Source: Blastocatellia bacterium (GTDB lineage Bacteria; Acidobacteriota; Blastocatellia; UBA7656). Taken from it: a stretch of DNA of 64,000 nucleotides. Numbering within the stretch: the first letter of the stretch is position 1; every line of letters starts with the position of its first letter. This document shows positions 48,333-58,389 of the stretch, piece by piece. Position numbers and translations under genes: made by a program. The stretch is from contig JBJMGU010000011.1 in assembly GCA_045807765.1 (NCBI GenBank), positions 25,398 through 89,397 on the forward strand, in the 5' to 3' direction. The notes under the pieces are model-generated. The model searched no databases. It was not told the DNA's origin and saw only the letters and a program-made list of their open reading frames with translations.

Positions 48333-51092
48333 ATGATGACACCGGAACAATGGAAACAAGTCGAAGCGCTCTTTGAAGCAGCGCTTGAGCACGAGCCTGA
48401 AGCGCGCGCCGCTTTTCTTGACGACGCCTGCGGCGATGACGCGGCATTGCGCCGCGAAGTCGAATCGCTGCTCGCGCATCAGCAGCCGACCGGCCACTTC
48501 ATCTCGACGCTCGTGCATGACGCGGTCAAGCTCTTTCCGCCGCCACCTGCTGCCGGCGAAGCGCGCTTCATCCCCGGCACGATTCTGGCTACTCGTTATC
48601 GCATCATCGGATTGCTCGGGCGTGGCGGCATGGGCGAAGTCTATCGCGCCGACGACCTGAAGCTGGGCCAGCCGGTCGCCCTTAAATTTTTGCCCGAAAG
48701 CGTCGCCAAAGATGTGGCCATGCTGGAACGCTTTCACCGCGAGGTGCGTATCGCGCGGCAGATTTCGCACCCGAACGTCTGTCGCGTCTTTGACATCGGC
48801 GAGGTCGGCGGTCATCACTTCCTGAGCATGGAATACATTGACGGCGAAGACCTGTCGTCGCTGTTGCGCCGCATCGGGCGATTGCCCGCCGACAAAGCGA
48901 TTGAGATCGCCCGCCAGCTCTGCGCAGGGCTCCAGGCGGCGCACGACGAAGGCGTGCTGCATCGCGATCTTAAGCCGGCCAACGTTATGATCGATGGGCG
49001 CGGCAAGGCGCGTATCACTGACTTTGGCCTGGCCGGGCTGGCCGACGAGTTTCACGGCAACGAAGTGCGCGCCGGCACACCCGCTTACATGGCTCCCGAA
49101 CAGCTCGCCGGGCGCGAAGTCACCAAGCGCAGCGACCTCTACGCGCTTGGCCTCGTACTTTACGAAATCTTCACCGGCAAGAAAGCCTTCGAAGCGGCGA
49201 CCGTCGAAGAGCTGATGCGCCAGCAGCAGACCAGCTCGCCGCCGAGCATCTCTGATTATGTGAAAGATGTAGACCCGCTAGTCGAGCGCGTCATCCGACG
49301 CTGTCTGGAGCGCGACCCGTTATCGCGCCCGCCGTCTGTCGCCCAGATAGCCGTGGCGTTGCCGGGCAGCGATCCGCTGGCGGCGGCGCTGGCGGCGGGC
49401 GAAACCCCTTCGCCGGAGATGGTCGCCGCCGCGCCTCGCGAAGGCGCATTGCGGCCAGCCGTCGCAATCATCTGCCTGACACTGTTTGTGCTTGAGCTGG
49501 CCGCGGTCATCTGGCTTTCGGGCAAGATCGCTTTGCACAACCGCGTGCCGCTCGAAAAGTCGCCCGAAGTGCTGGCCGACCGCGCTCGCGGCATCGTCGG
49601 CAAATTGGAATACGGCGGCGCTGTTGATACAGCCTACGGCATGGGCGACGACTTGAGCGCCTACCGTTATGCCACGGCGATGCCGGCGCTCGGACTTGCG
49701 GACAATCTCGACAGCGGCCAGCCGGCGGTTTATTACTTCTGGTATCGGCAAAGCCCGCGTCCGCTCGAAGCGTTCGGCGATAACGGAGTGGGGCCGGCGG
49801 ACCCGCCGCTTGAAGTCGCCGGCATGGTCAATGTCATTCTCGATACACGCGGGCGGCTACTCGAATTTCATGCCGCGCCGCCGCAGCTCGAACCGTACGC
49901 GCCGCAGAGCGCCGCGCCCGACTGGGGCGGGCTGTTTGCCGACGCCGGGCTCGACCCTGCCCGGTTGACCGCGACCGATTCCGAGTGGACGCCGCAGGGC
50001 TTTGCCGACACGCGAATGGCCTGGGCGGGGACATTCGCTGAGCGCCCGGAGCTACCCATCCGCGTCGAGGCGGCGGCTTACCGCGGACGGCTGGTTTACT
50101 TCCAGGTGATCTTTCCGTGGACGACGGCGACGCGGCAGGCAGAGGTCACGGCGCGGGCCAGCCGCCAGGCCGCCGGCGTGATTCTGGCGGCGGTCTTTTT
50201 CGCTTCGCTCATCGCCGCCACGTTGCTGGCGCGGCGCAACCTGCGATTGGGGCGCGGCGACCGGCGCGGCGCGTCCAGGGTGGCGCTCGCCGTTTTTGTG
50301 GCCACCTTGATCGGCTTGCTTTGTGGCGCGCACCACATTCCGACGCTCGGCGGTGAGCTGCGCATCTTAGCGAAAGCCACCGGCTGGTCGCTGCTGGTGG
50401 CGGCCTTCTTATGGATGATCTATGTGGCGCTTGAGCCTTATGTGCGGCGGCGCTGGCCGCGCTTGCTGATCTCCTGGAGCCGGCTGCTGGCGGGCGACTT
50501 CCGCGACCCGATGGTCGGGCGCGACGTGCTGGTCGGCAGCCTTCTGGGGCTCGGCCATGTGCTGTGCATCTATTCAGGAATCATGATTCTCAATCTGATG
50601 GGGCTGAAGGGAAAATCGGCGCCGGGGGCGGACGGGGTAATGCTCGAAGGGCCGCGCCGGCTGGCCATGCTGCTCCTGAGCGACAGCCTCTTGCAATGGC
50701 TGTTAAGCGGGCTGGGACTTCTCTTTCTGCTCTTGTTGCTCTACATCCTGCTGCGCCGGCAATGGCTGGCCATCGCGGTATTATGGACGTTAATTGCCAC
50801 GGTAGATGGCCTGGCGTTTATCGGGCCCGGCCCGCTCATCCTATGGCTAACACCGCTGGGGATTGCGACACTGATCGTCATCGCGGTGGCGCGATTTGGG
50901 TTGCTGACGACAATCGCGTTTCAATTCTTCTTCAACCTGAGCTTTCATTACGTGGTCACGACAAACTGGTCGAGCTGGTACGCTCAGGGCATGTACATCA
51001 CGCTCGGGCTGGTGGTGGCGGTGGCGGTTTACAGCTTCTCTGTGGCGCTCGCCGGCCAGCCGCTGTTTCGCAACGCTGTGCTTCAAGAATGA
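48333..51092 (+). CDS. Serine/threonine protein kinase with large C-terminal polytopic membrane domain
   Basis: Hanks kinase motifs GRGGMGEVY, VALK, HRDLKPANVM, DFG and TPAYMAPE, followed by about 550 aa containing at least 8 predicted TM helices. Confidence 0.85.
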   Translation: MMTPEQWKQVEALFEAALEHEPEARAAFLDDACGDDAALRREVESLLAHQQPTGHFISTLVHDAVKLFPPPPAAGEARFIPGTILATRYRIIGLLGRGGMGEVYRADDLKLGQPVALKFLPESVAKDVAMLERFHREVRIARQISHPNVCRVFDIGEVGGHHFLSMEYIDGEDLSSLLRRIGRLPADKAIEIARQLCAGLQAAHDEGVLHRDLKPANVMIDGRGKARITDFGLAGLADEFHGNEVRAGTPAYMAPEQLAGREVTKRSDLYALGLVLYEIFTGKKAFEAATVEELMRQQQTSSPPSISDYVKDVDPLVERVIRRCLERDPLSRPPSVAQIAVALPGSDPLAAALAAGETPSPEMVAAAPREGALRPAVAIICLTLFVLELAAVIWLSGKIALHNRVPLEKSPEVLADRARGIVGKLEYGGAVDTAYGMGDDLSAYRYATAMPALGLADNLDSGQPAVYYFWYRQSPRPLEAFGDNGVGPADPPLEVAGMVNVILDTRGRLLEFHAAPPQLEPYAPQSAAPDWGGLFADAGLDPARLTATDSEWTPQGFADTRMAWAGTFAERPELPIRVEAAAYRGRLVYFQVIFPWTTATRQAEVTARASRQAAGVILAAVFFASLIAATLLARRNLRLGRGDRRGASRVALAVFVATLIGLLCGAHHIPTLGGELRILAKATGWSLLVAAFLWMIYVALEPYVRRRWPRLLISWSRLLAGDFRDPMVGRDVLVGSLLGLGHVLCIYSGIMILNLMGLKGKSAPGADGVMLEGPRRLAMLLLSDSLLQWLLSGLGLLFLLLLLYILLRRQWLAIAVLWTLIATVDGLAFIGPGPLILWLTPLGIATLIVIAVARFGLLTTIAFQFFFNLSFHYVVTTNWSSWYAQGMYITLGLVVAVAVYSFSVALAGQPLFRNAVLQE

Positions 51093-51143
51093 AGCGCGAC
51101 ACCGAAAGCGAGCGACGAAAGGCAGCATCTCTCCCGCCGCTTT

Positions 51144-52361
51144 TTAATGACCAGGAACGATGGACGAAGGACGAGTGTCCTTTAACTGCTGGGCTTCATC
51201 GCGCACCAGCGGGTCGGGATCATTCAGGGCGCGCTCGATGAGCGGCGCGGCTTTGTCTGCCGCGAGCCGCGCCAGCGCCCACAACCCATGAGCGCGGATC
51301 AGCGGCTCAGCATCACACGTCACGCGCTCGTCAAGTGCCCGAACTGCCGCTGTGCAGCCGACATTGGCCGCGACGACTGCCGCATTGCGCAGCAGGCCGC
51401 GCCGCTTTGGGCGCAGAAGCGGCGTGCCTTTGAAGCGGGCGCGGAACTCGGCGTCGGTGGCGATGGACAGGACTTCGACCAGATCAAGGCGCGGCCCGAC
51501 ACCGGCTTCAGGGTGAAACTCTCGCCACTCAGTTTCGCTCGCGAAACGGTTGAAGGGACAGACCGATTCTGATTCTCCCCTCACGATCACCGGCAGCGAA
51601 CCCCGTCTGCCGGTTTCGGGACGCATCTCCTGGCAGGCGTCACAGCCGAACACCCATTCGCCGAGGCCGGCGCGCAACTTTGGCGGGATCGCTCCCCTAT
51701 GCTCAATCGTCAGGTAGGAGATGCAGCGGCGCGCGTCCAACTGGTACGGCCCGGCAAAGGCATTGGTCGGACAGGCGTCGAGACAGCGATGACAGGTGCC
51801 GCAACTGACGCGGACAGGTTGGTCGTCTGCGGGCAATTCCAGGTCGAGAAGAATCTCTGAGAGAAAGAACCACGAGCCGCGCCGCGGGTCTAGCAGATTT
51901 GTATTTTTGCCTACGAAGCCGATGCCGGCGCGCGCCGCCGCCGCGCGCTCAAGCAATGGCACGGCGTCCACGAAGCAGCGCGTGTGCAAGGGCCGCCCGG
52001 CCAGCGCTTCGATCTCTGTCGCAAGCGCGAGCAGCCGCGATTTGACGACATCGTGGTAATCGAGTCCCCAGGCGTAACGCGCCACGCGACCGTAACGGCT
52101 CTCGTGGATAAAAGGTGGCGCATCGGCGTAATAATTCACCGCCAGGGTGACGAGCGAGCGGGCGTCGGGCACAAGCGCACAGGGATGCGCCAGCAGCTCG
52201 GGCCGTCGCGTCATATAGCCCATGTCGGCAGCAAAGCCGGCTTCCATCCATGAATGATAACGTCGCTCGTCGTCCGCAAGCGGCGCGACCGAAGTGATGC
52301 CGGCGACTTCGAAGCCGAGCCGGCGAGCGGCCTCTTTGATCTGCGCGACGAGATGGCTCAC
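51144..52361 (-). CDS. queG: Epoxyqueuosine reductase QueG
   Basis: 4Fe-4S ferredoxin motifs (CGTCHRCLDACPT; CISYLTIE) and a C-terminal HEAT-like region. 405 aa. Confidence 0.85.
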   Translation of the reverse strand: MSHLVAQIKEAARRLGFEVAGITSVAPLADDERRYHSWMEAGFAADMGYMTRRPELLAHPCALVPDARSLVTLAVNYYADAPPFIHESRYGRVARYAWGLDYHDVVKSRLLALATEIEALAGRPLHTRCFVDAVPLLERAAAARAGIGFVGKNTNLLDPRRGSWFFLSEILLDLELPADDQPVRVSCGTCHRCLDACPTNAFAGPYQLDARRCISYLTIEHRGAIPPKLRAGLGEWVFGCDACQEMRPETGRRGSLPVIVRGESESVCPFNRFASETEWREFHPEAGVGPRLDLVEVLSIATDAEFRARFKGTPLLRPKRRGLLRNAAVVAANVGCTAAVRALDERVTCDAEPLIRAHGLWALARLAADKAAPLIERALNDPDPLVRDEAQQLKDTRPSSIVPGH

Positions 52362-52414
52362 TCCTACAAGCTACCTAATCTGACCAGCAAAAAGCAAAAG
52401 CCGCCGCTCGGCGC

Positions 52415-55400
52415 TTACTGCTGATTCAGTGCGTTCGGTAATGCCACGTCGCCCGCCTGTCCCCACTGCTTGAAGATATAGTTGCTATAGTTGGCCGACG
52501 ACTGCGGAATGATCCAGACGCCTTGCGAGGCGCGCCAGATGCCGGGGTCGGCCTTGCCATCACCATCGTAATCGGTCACGACCGGCGTATCGCCGATTGA
52601 CGGGAAGCCGGCGGGCACAAACAGCGGCTGGCCCGCCGCAAAGCTGTAGCTGTGGCTCGACAGCAGAATCGCATAGCTCGCGCTCTGGTTGCCGGCGGGC
52701 GGCTCAATGTAAGCCAGATCACTCAGGCCATCGCCGTCAAAGTCAGCGATGATGGGCGCACGCTCCGCCCCGCCCCAGTTGAAGAAGCGCGGGCTGCCGT
52801 AGCTGTAGCCTTGCGAGGACTGCAAGAAAGCCCACACGCCATTGCGGTAGTACCCGAAGTCGGCGCGGCCATCACCATCGATGTCGCCGACAACTGGCGT
52901 GTCGCCCGCCTGTCCCCACTGGCTGAAGATGTAGGTCGCGTAATTGGACGATGAGGTTGGGATCATCCAGACGCCCTGCGAGGCGCGCCAGATGGCCGGG
53001 TCGGCCTTGCCGTCGCCATCAAAGTCACCGACGACCGGCATATCGCCGATTGACGGGAAGCCGGCGGGCACAAATAGCGGCTGCCCGGTTGCGAAGCTGT
53101 AGCTGTGGCTCGACAGCAGGATGGCGTAAGCCGCGCTCTGGCCGCCCGCCGGCGGCTCAATGTAGCCCAGGTCAACTTTGCCGTCGCCGTCGAAGTCGGC
53201 GATGATGGGCGCACGCCCCGCCCCGCCCCAGCTATAGAAGAACCCGACATTGAAGCTCTCCGACGATTTGAGGAAGCCCCACAGGCCGTTGCGGTAATAG
53301 CCGATCTCCGACTTCAGATCGTCGTCGAAGTTGAGCTTGATCGACGGGCCAGCCTGCGTGACGGTGAAGGTCTGCCCGGCAATCGTCAGAGTGCCGACTC
53401 GCTGAGAGCCCGTCGTGTTGGCCATGACCGAATAATTGACTGAGCCGTTGCCTGTGCCGCTCGCGCCCGAAGTGATGGTGATCCAGGGCGTGTTGCTGAC
53501 GGCGTTCCAGTTGCAACCGCTGGCGGCGTTGACCATAACCGAGTTCGCGCCGGCATATTTGTTGAACATCGCGCTGCTGGTCGCTGGCGCGGCACTGCAT
53601 GCCCCCGCCTGATTGACCGTAAAGGTCTGGCCGGCGATGGTCATCGTGCCCTGACGCGCCGCGCTGCTATTGCCCGCAACGTTATAGTTGACGAAGCCAT
53701 TGCCATAATTGCTGCTGTAGGTAATGGTGATCCACGGCGCATTGCTGCTCGCCGTCCAGTTACACCCGGTCCCACGATTAACGTTCAACGAGCCGCTGCC
53801 GCCGCCGACAGGGAACGTCTGACTGGTCGGCGTCAGCGACGGCGGCGGGTTGGTCGCCGTCGAGGTCGTCATTGCTGAGTTGTTGTCGGGCATGGGATCG
53901 CTGCCCGAAGAAGTCACACTCACCGTGTTGCTGAACGTCGTGTTATCTGCCACTGAGCAGTTGACATAGGTGTAGATCGACATCGTCGCCGAAGCGCCGG
54001 ACTCTAATGTGGCGAAGGTGAAGGTGACATTGTTGCCGGCATGCGAACAATTATACGACGACGAATCGCAAGAATTGTAGACCACCGCCGACGGCAGATC
54101 ATCGTTGACAACGACGGACGAGGCGCGCTCTGGACCATTGTTGGTCAGCGTGATGCTATACATGAGGCCGTTGCCGGCGCTGATGGGGCTTGCAGTCGCC
54201 GTCATCGTGATGGCCAGATCCGAGGTGATGCTCGGCACCGCCACGAATTTCGAGATGAAGGCGTCGGAATTATAGTTGCTGCCCAACGTCGCCTGAAACG
54301 CGCCGGGCGTGACCGGGAAGTTCTGCGATTGTGTATTGCCGGTGACGTAAGCGTTGCCCCCGGCATCAATGGCAATGCCATAGGCGACATCACCATCATA
54401 GCCGCCGAGGTAAGACGAATAGCTCAGGCCGCTCGCCGTCGGGCTCAGCTTACTGACAAAGGCGTCGGTGCTATAGCTTGAGCCATACGACTGGTAGCCG
54501 CCCGGCGTCGTCGGAAAGTTTAACGATTGCGTATAGCCGGTGACATAGACGTTGCCGGCGCTGTCAGCGGCGAGCGCCGTTCCCTGATCGAAATTGCTGC
54601 CGCCCAGATAAGTGGAATAGCCGAGCGCCGTGCCCGTCGCATTCAGCTTGGTGATGAAGGCATCCATCGCGCCGCTCTCGCTGCCCGAATAGATCGCCGT
54701 CGGGGTCACCGGATCAATAGCCAGCGTGTTGATCACCAGGCCGGCCAGCCCTGCGCCGGCAGCCGCCCAGAGGTTGCCGCCATCGGTGGATTTAAAAACC
54801 CCGTTGCCGGTGCCGGCATAAAGAATCATTGAGTCGGTCGAAGACTGGGCGAGCGCATTCACCGACCGGTTGGTCAGACCATTATTGCTGCCGTTCCAGC
54901 TCTGGCCGCCGTCCGTGCTCCTGAATAAGCCATTTGCCGTGCCGGCGTAGATGACCGAAGACGCCGACGAATCGATCATCAAGGGCTTGATCCCGACGTT
55001 GATAAGGCCGGTGGGGCTCCAGTTGGTGCCCCCATTGGTGCTCTTATAGACGCCGCCATAACTGAGACCGGCGTAAATCGTCGCCGGTGCCAACGGATCA
55101 ATGGCCAGCGCGTTGATGTACGTCCCCTGCGACAGGCCATTGATCTTGGCCGCCCAGTTGGCGCCGCCATTGGTGGTCTTGAAGACGCCCTGATCGGTGC
55201 CGGCGTAGATGATCGAAGAGTTGGTCGGATCGATCACCAGGCTGTTGACCGTCATGCCATTCTCGCCGGTGTTGATCGCCCGCCAACTGGTGCCGCCATC
55301 GGTGCTTCTAAAGACGCCGCGCGAGTTCGTGCCCAGATAGATGGTCGTCGCCGTATTGGGATCAATGGCCAGCGACCGGATAGTCAAGTCGGTCAGGCCG

Positions 55401-57358
55401 GAATTAATCGCATTCCAGGTAGCGCCGCCGTTCGTGCTCTTGAACGCTCCGCCATTGTTGCCGTTGCCTCCTAAGGTGCCTGCATAGACGGTCGTCGGCG
55501 CCGAAGGGTGAATCGCCAGCGCCAGTATCGTGAAGCTGTTGATGCCGGTGTTGATCGCCGCCCAGCTCGCGCCGCTGTTGGTGGTCTTGGCGATGCCGCC
55601 ATCGGCGACGCGCACCACGCCCGGCGTCGTCGGGAAATTGACCGAGCTGGTCTGCCCAATCACGTAGGCTTCGCCCGTGGCCGACACATCAATGCCAAAT
55701 CCGCCGTCATCGCCACGGCCTCCCAGGTACGTCGAGTAGGCGAGCGCCGTGCCGATGTTGTTCAGCTTGGTCACGAAACCGTCACCGAGATTCGAATAAT
55801 TGCCGGACGCGCCGCCATAGGTCGTCTGGAACGCCCCCGGCGTCGTCGGGAAGCCGGTCGAAAGGGTCGTGCCGGCGACGTAGGCATTGCCCGAAGCGTC
55901 TACCTTAACGCCGTTCGCCGTATCGGCGCTTGTGCCGCCAAGGTAGGTCGAATAGGCCAGCGCTGTGCCCGCGTTGTTAAGCTTGGTCACGAAGGCGTCG
56001 CCATAGGGATAACTGCCGCTGGCATAGGTCGTCTGAAAGGCTCCGGGGGTCGTCGGGAAGTTGCCCGAATAGGTGTAGCCGACGACATAAGCGTTTCCCG
56101 ATGAATCCAGGGCAATGCTGTTCGCCTGATCGGAAGACGAGCCGCCCAAATAAGTCGAATAGATCAGCGCCGTGCCTGTCGGGTTTAGCTTGGTGACGAA
56201 AGCATCGCCGGGATACGAACCGCCTTGCAGCACCGTTTGAAATGCGCCCGGCGTCGTCGGAAAGTCGGTCGAACTGGTCGAGCCGGTGACATAAGCGTTG
56301 CCTGACGAATCAACGACCAGGCCATAGCCCAGGTCTTCTGACGCGCCACCGAGATAGGTCGAATAGACCAGCGCCGTACCGTCCGTATTCAGCTTGGTGA
56401 CGTACACATCCGAGGCGTTGGCATAGGTCGAGTCATAACCATCAATCGTGACCGGGAAGTTAAACGAGGATGTCCGTCCGGTGACATAGACATTACCCGA
56501 TGAGTCTACGGCGATGCTCCGGCCATCGTCGACGCTGCTGCCGCCGAGATAAGTCGAATAGCTCAAGACCGGATCGATCACCAGCCGCTTGCTGTGATCG
56601 TAAGCGCCCAGGGCAAACCCCACCTCGCGCCGCCCCTTCAGTTGGTAGCGCGCCTCGACCATCCGTTTGCCGCCGTCCGTCTCCTGATAAGCCACCGGCT
56701 TATGGAAACGCATCTCGCCGCCAGCCACACGCAGCACCAGATCGCCTTCAGCGCTGATGCGCAGCCGCCGCGCGCCTGTAAAGCCCAGCTTGATCGGCCT
56801 GGGATCGCTGCCCGCCGCGACGACGAAGTCATATTCGAGCTGCCGCTGATTGCCATAGTAGACGAGGCTGATGCCGGGATAGACATCGCCGTACTGCACG
56901 CGGGCGAAAGTCGGCACATCGGTATGCCAGTGGTTCGGGTCGCGTCCCGTGAAGTAATTGGCCGTGGCCGCGAGCGGCTCCAAGCCTTCGGGGCGAGCTG
57001 CCGGGTTGGCCTTGAGCATCTTCATGCGCACGGCGGCAGTGGTGGCGTGCGGCGGCGACAGGGCGAGGACGGCTTCGTCAGCAGTGAGAAAAAGCGTCGC
57101 CGCGCTGCTGCGCGAGATGAACTGGACGCGCGAGTCAATCTGGCCGCGATTGGCTTCAAAGCTCAGCGGCAGCTTGCCGTAAGCTTCGTCCAGCCGGGCG
57201 CGGTTTTGCGCGGCATTTAATGAAGCGGCCCTGGCAGGTGGGTGATCGGCTGTGGCGCGGTCAGACGCTTTGCCATGCCAGGCGACGAAACCAGTCAGGC
57301 CAAACAGTGTAAGCACAAGCAGACTGACGCGCCGATTCCAACGTCTTGTATTAAACAT
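52415..57358 (-). CDS. Giant secreted surface protein (1647 aa): SBBP beta-propeller repeats, BNR/Asp-box (sortilin-like) propeller, DUF11 domain, two BACON/Ig-like beta-sandwich domains, C-terminal FG-GAP/VCBS-like repeats (internally duplicated)
   Basis: Signal peptide. Repeated YSTYLGG...SGN.YVTG (SBBP). Six Asp-box repeats (STNGGATW, STDGGTSW, TTNGGANW and others). A DUF11-like segment (SITLTNNGPERASSVVVND). Two homologous modules of about 90 aa (C.W.A.S..PWITIT...GTLTIAGQTFTV.QAG). GDFDGDGKxD repeats. Confidence 0.8.
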   Translation of the reverse strand: MFNTRRWNRRVSLLVLTLFGLTGFVAWHGKASDRATADHPPARAASLNAAQNRARLDEAYGKLPLSFEANRGQIDSRVQFISRSSAATLFLTADEAVLALSPPHATTAAVRMKMLKANPAARPEGLEPLAATANYFTGRDPNHWHTDVPTFARVQYGDVYPGISLVYYGNQRQLEYDFVVAAGSDPRPIKLGFTGARRLRISAEGDLVLRVAGGEMRFHKPVAYQETDGGKRMVEARYQLKGRREVGFALGAYDHSKRLVIDPVLSYSTYLGGSSVDDGRSIAVDSSGNVYVTGRTSSFNFPVTIDGYDSTYANASDVYVTKLNTDGTALVYSTYLGGASEDLGYGLVVDSSGNAYVTGSTSSTDFPTTPGAFQTVLQGGSYPGDAFVTKLNPTGTALIYSTYLGGSSSDQANSIALDSSGNAYVVGYTYSGNFPTTPGAFQTTYASGSYPYGDAFVTKLNNAGTALAYSTYLGGTSADTANGVKVDASGNAYVAGTTLSTGFPTTPGAFQTTYGGASGNYSNLGDGFVTKLNNIGTALAYSTYLGGRGDDGGFGIDVSATGEAYVIGQTSSVNFPTTPGVVRVADGGIAKTTNSGASWAAINTGINSFTILALAIHPSAPTTVYAGTLGGNGNNGGAFKSTNGGATWNAINSGLTDLTIRSLAIDPNTATTIYLGTNSRGVFRSTDGGTSWRAINTGENGMTVNSLVIDPTNSSIIYAGTDQGVFKTTNGGANWAAKINGLSQGTYINALAIDPLAPATIYAGLSYGGVYKSTNGGTNWSPTGLINVGIKPLMIDSSASSVIYAGTANGLFRSTDGGQSWNGSNNGLTNRSVNALAQSSTDSMILYAGTGNGVFKSTDGGNLWAAAGAGLAGLVINTLAIDPVTPTAIYSGSESGAMDAFITKLNATGTALGYSTYLGGSNFDQGTALAADSAGNVYVTGYTQSLNFPTTPGGYQSYGSSYSTDAFVSKLSPTASGLSYSSYLGGYDGDVAYGIAIDAGGNAYVTGNTQSQNFPVTPGAFQATLGSNYNSDAFISKFVAVPSITSDLAITMTATASPISAGNGLMYSITLTNNGPERASSVVVNDDLPSAVVYNSCDSSSYNCSHAGNNVTFTFATLESGASATMSIYTYVNCSVADNTTFSNTVSVTSSGSDPMPDNNSAMTTSTATNPPPSLTPTSQTFPVGGGSGSLNVNRGTGCNWTASSNAPWITITYSSNYGNGFVNYNVAGNSSAARQGTMTIAGQTFTVNQAGACSAAPATSSAMFNKYAGANSVMVNAASGCNWNAVSNTPWITITSGASGTGNGSVNYSVMANTTGSQRVGTLTIAGQTFTVTQAGPSIKLNFDDDLKSEIGYYRNGLWGFLKSSESFNVGFFYSWGGAGRAPIIADFDGDGKVDLGYIEPPAGGQSAAYAILLSSHSYSFATGQPLFVPAGFPSIGDMPVVGDFDGDGKADPAIWRASQGVWMIPTSSSNYATYIFSQWGQAGDTPVVGDIDGDGRADFGYYRNGVWAFLQSSQGYSYGSPRFFNWGGAERAPIIADFDGDGLSDLAYIEPPAGNQSASYAILLSSHSYSFAAGQPLFVPAGFPSIGDTPVVTDYDGDGKADPGIWRASQGVWIIPQSSANYSNYIFKQWGQAGDVALPNALNQQ
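52440..53345. repeat. Tandem direct duplication (about 453-bp period, 2 copies) inside the 3' end of the giant surface-protein gene
   Basis: Protein segments ...GYYRNGLWGFLKSS...ILLSSHSYSFATGQPLFVPAGFPSIGD... and ...GYYRNGVWAFLQSS...ILLSSHSYSFAAGQPLFVPAGFPSIGD... are about 85% identical. Antisense ORFs 52652..52954 and 53105..53443 mirror the duplication. Confidence 0.8.
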
Positions 57359-57569
57359 GAATGATTTACTCCTTCAGGGCCGTGTTGAGCAGCAGCAAAG
57401 GTAAAAGTCTCTCATTGAATTAAGTATCGCGTCAAGCATGGACTTTTGGTCAATAGCACTTGACGGCTCGGCAGCGGGAAGCGGCTGTGATGGCGCTTGC
57501 CAATGAAATATTTTGTGATAAAACTCATATGTTCATTGGAATCAAACGTGGCGAAAGGAGGAAGTCAGT

Positions 57570-58382
57570 ATGCAGACTTTACGGCGTGGAAATACCGGCG
57601 CGGCAGTTGCCCAGTTGCAACAGCGGCTCAAAGACCTGGGGTTCAATCTCGGCGTGGTTGACGGCAATTTCGGGCCAGGCACCTAAGCCGCGGTGATCGC
57701 TTTTCAGAAGAGCAAGCAGCTTGGGGCCGATGGCGTCGCCGGGTCGCAGACGCTTGCGGCGCTCGACCTGACGACTGATGCTCCCGGCGATGCTCCCATT
57801 GAAGTCGGCGCTTCGGTCATCCCGCAGGTGACGGTCGAGGTGGTCTCAAAGATGTTCCCGCAGACCCCCGTCACCAATATCCGCACCAATCTGCCTTTTG
57901 TTTTGCAGGCGCTCGACGAGGCGGGATTGGCAGACAAGAACATGGTATTGATGGCGCTGGGGACAATTCGCGCCGAGACCGAAAGCTTCGAACCGATCAG
58001 TGAATTCAAGTCGAAGTTCAACACCTCGCAGGGCGGCCAGCCCTTCGACCTCTACGACAAGCGCAGCGATCTCGGCAATCAAGGCCGACCGGATGGTCCG
58101 AATTTCAAGGGCCGGGGGTTTGTCCAATTGACTGGCCGCAGCAATTACAAAACTCACGGCGCCGCCATCGGCGTCGACTTGATCAGTGTGCCCGACCGCG
58201 CCAATGATCCGATGACCGCCGCCCGCTTGCTGGCCAGTTTCATCAAGAGCCAGGAGCCAAAAATCAGACAGGCGCTGAATGCGGGTGACTTGAGGACCGC
58301 CCGCAAGCTGGTCAATGGCGGCTCGCACGGCCTGGATCGCTTTAGCGACGCTTATAACATCGGCCAGGGGCTGATCGATTGA
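57570..58382 (+). pseudogene. Peptidoglycan-binding (PG_binding_1) plus GH19-like muramidase/lysozyme gene interrupted by an in-frame TAA at 57684-57686 (possible pseudogene, sequencing error or readthrough)
   Basis: ATG at 57570 with strong SD AAGGAGGAA. N-terminal [64 protein letters not shown] matches the PG-binding motif with a stop where Glu/Lys is expected. The downstream ORF (57693..58382) contains GRGFVQLTGRSNY...DLISVPD, resembling the GH19 catalytic core. Confidence 0.55.
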
Positions 58383-58389
58383 GGCGCAA

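Noticed and set aside
57684-57686. In-frame TAA treated as a selenocysteine or pyrrolysine recoding site
   Set aside because: Sec uses UGA and Pyl uses UAG, so a UAA here can only be a nonsense codon, an error or readthrough.
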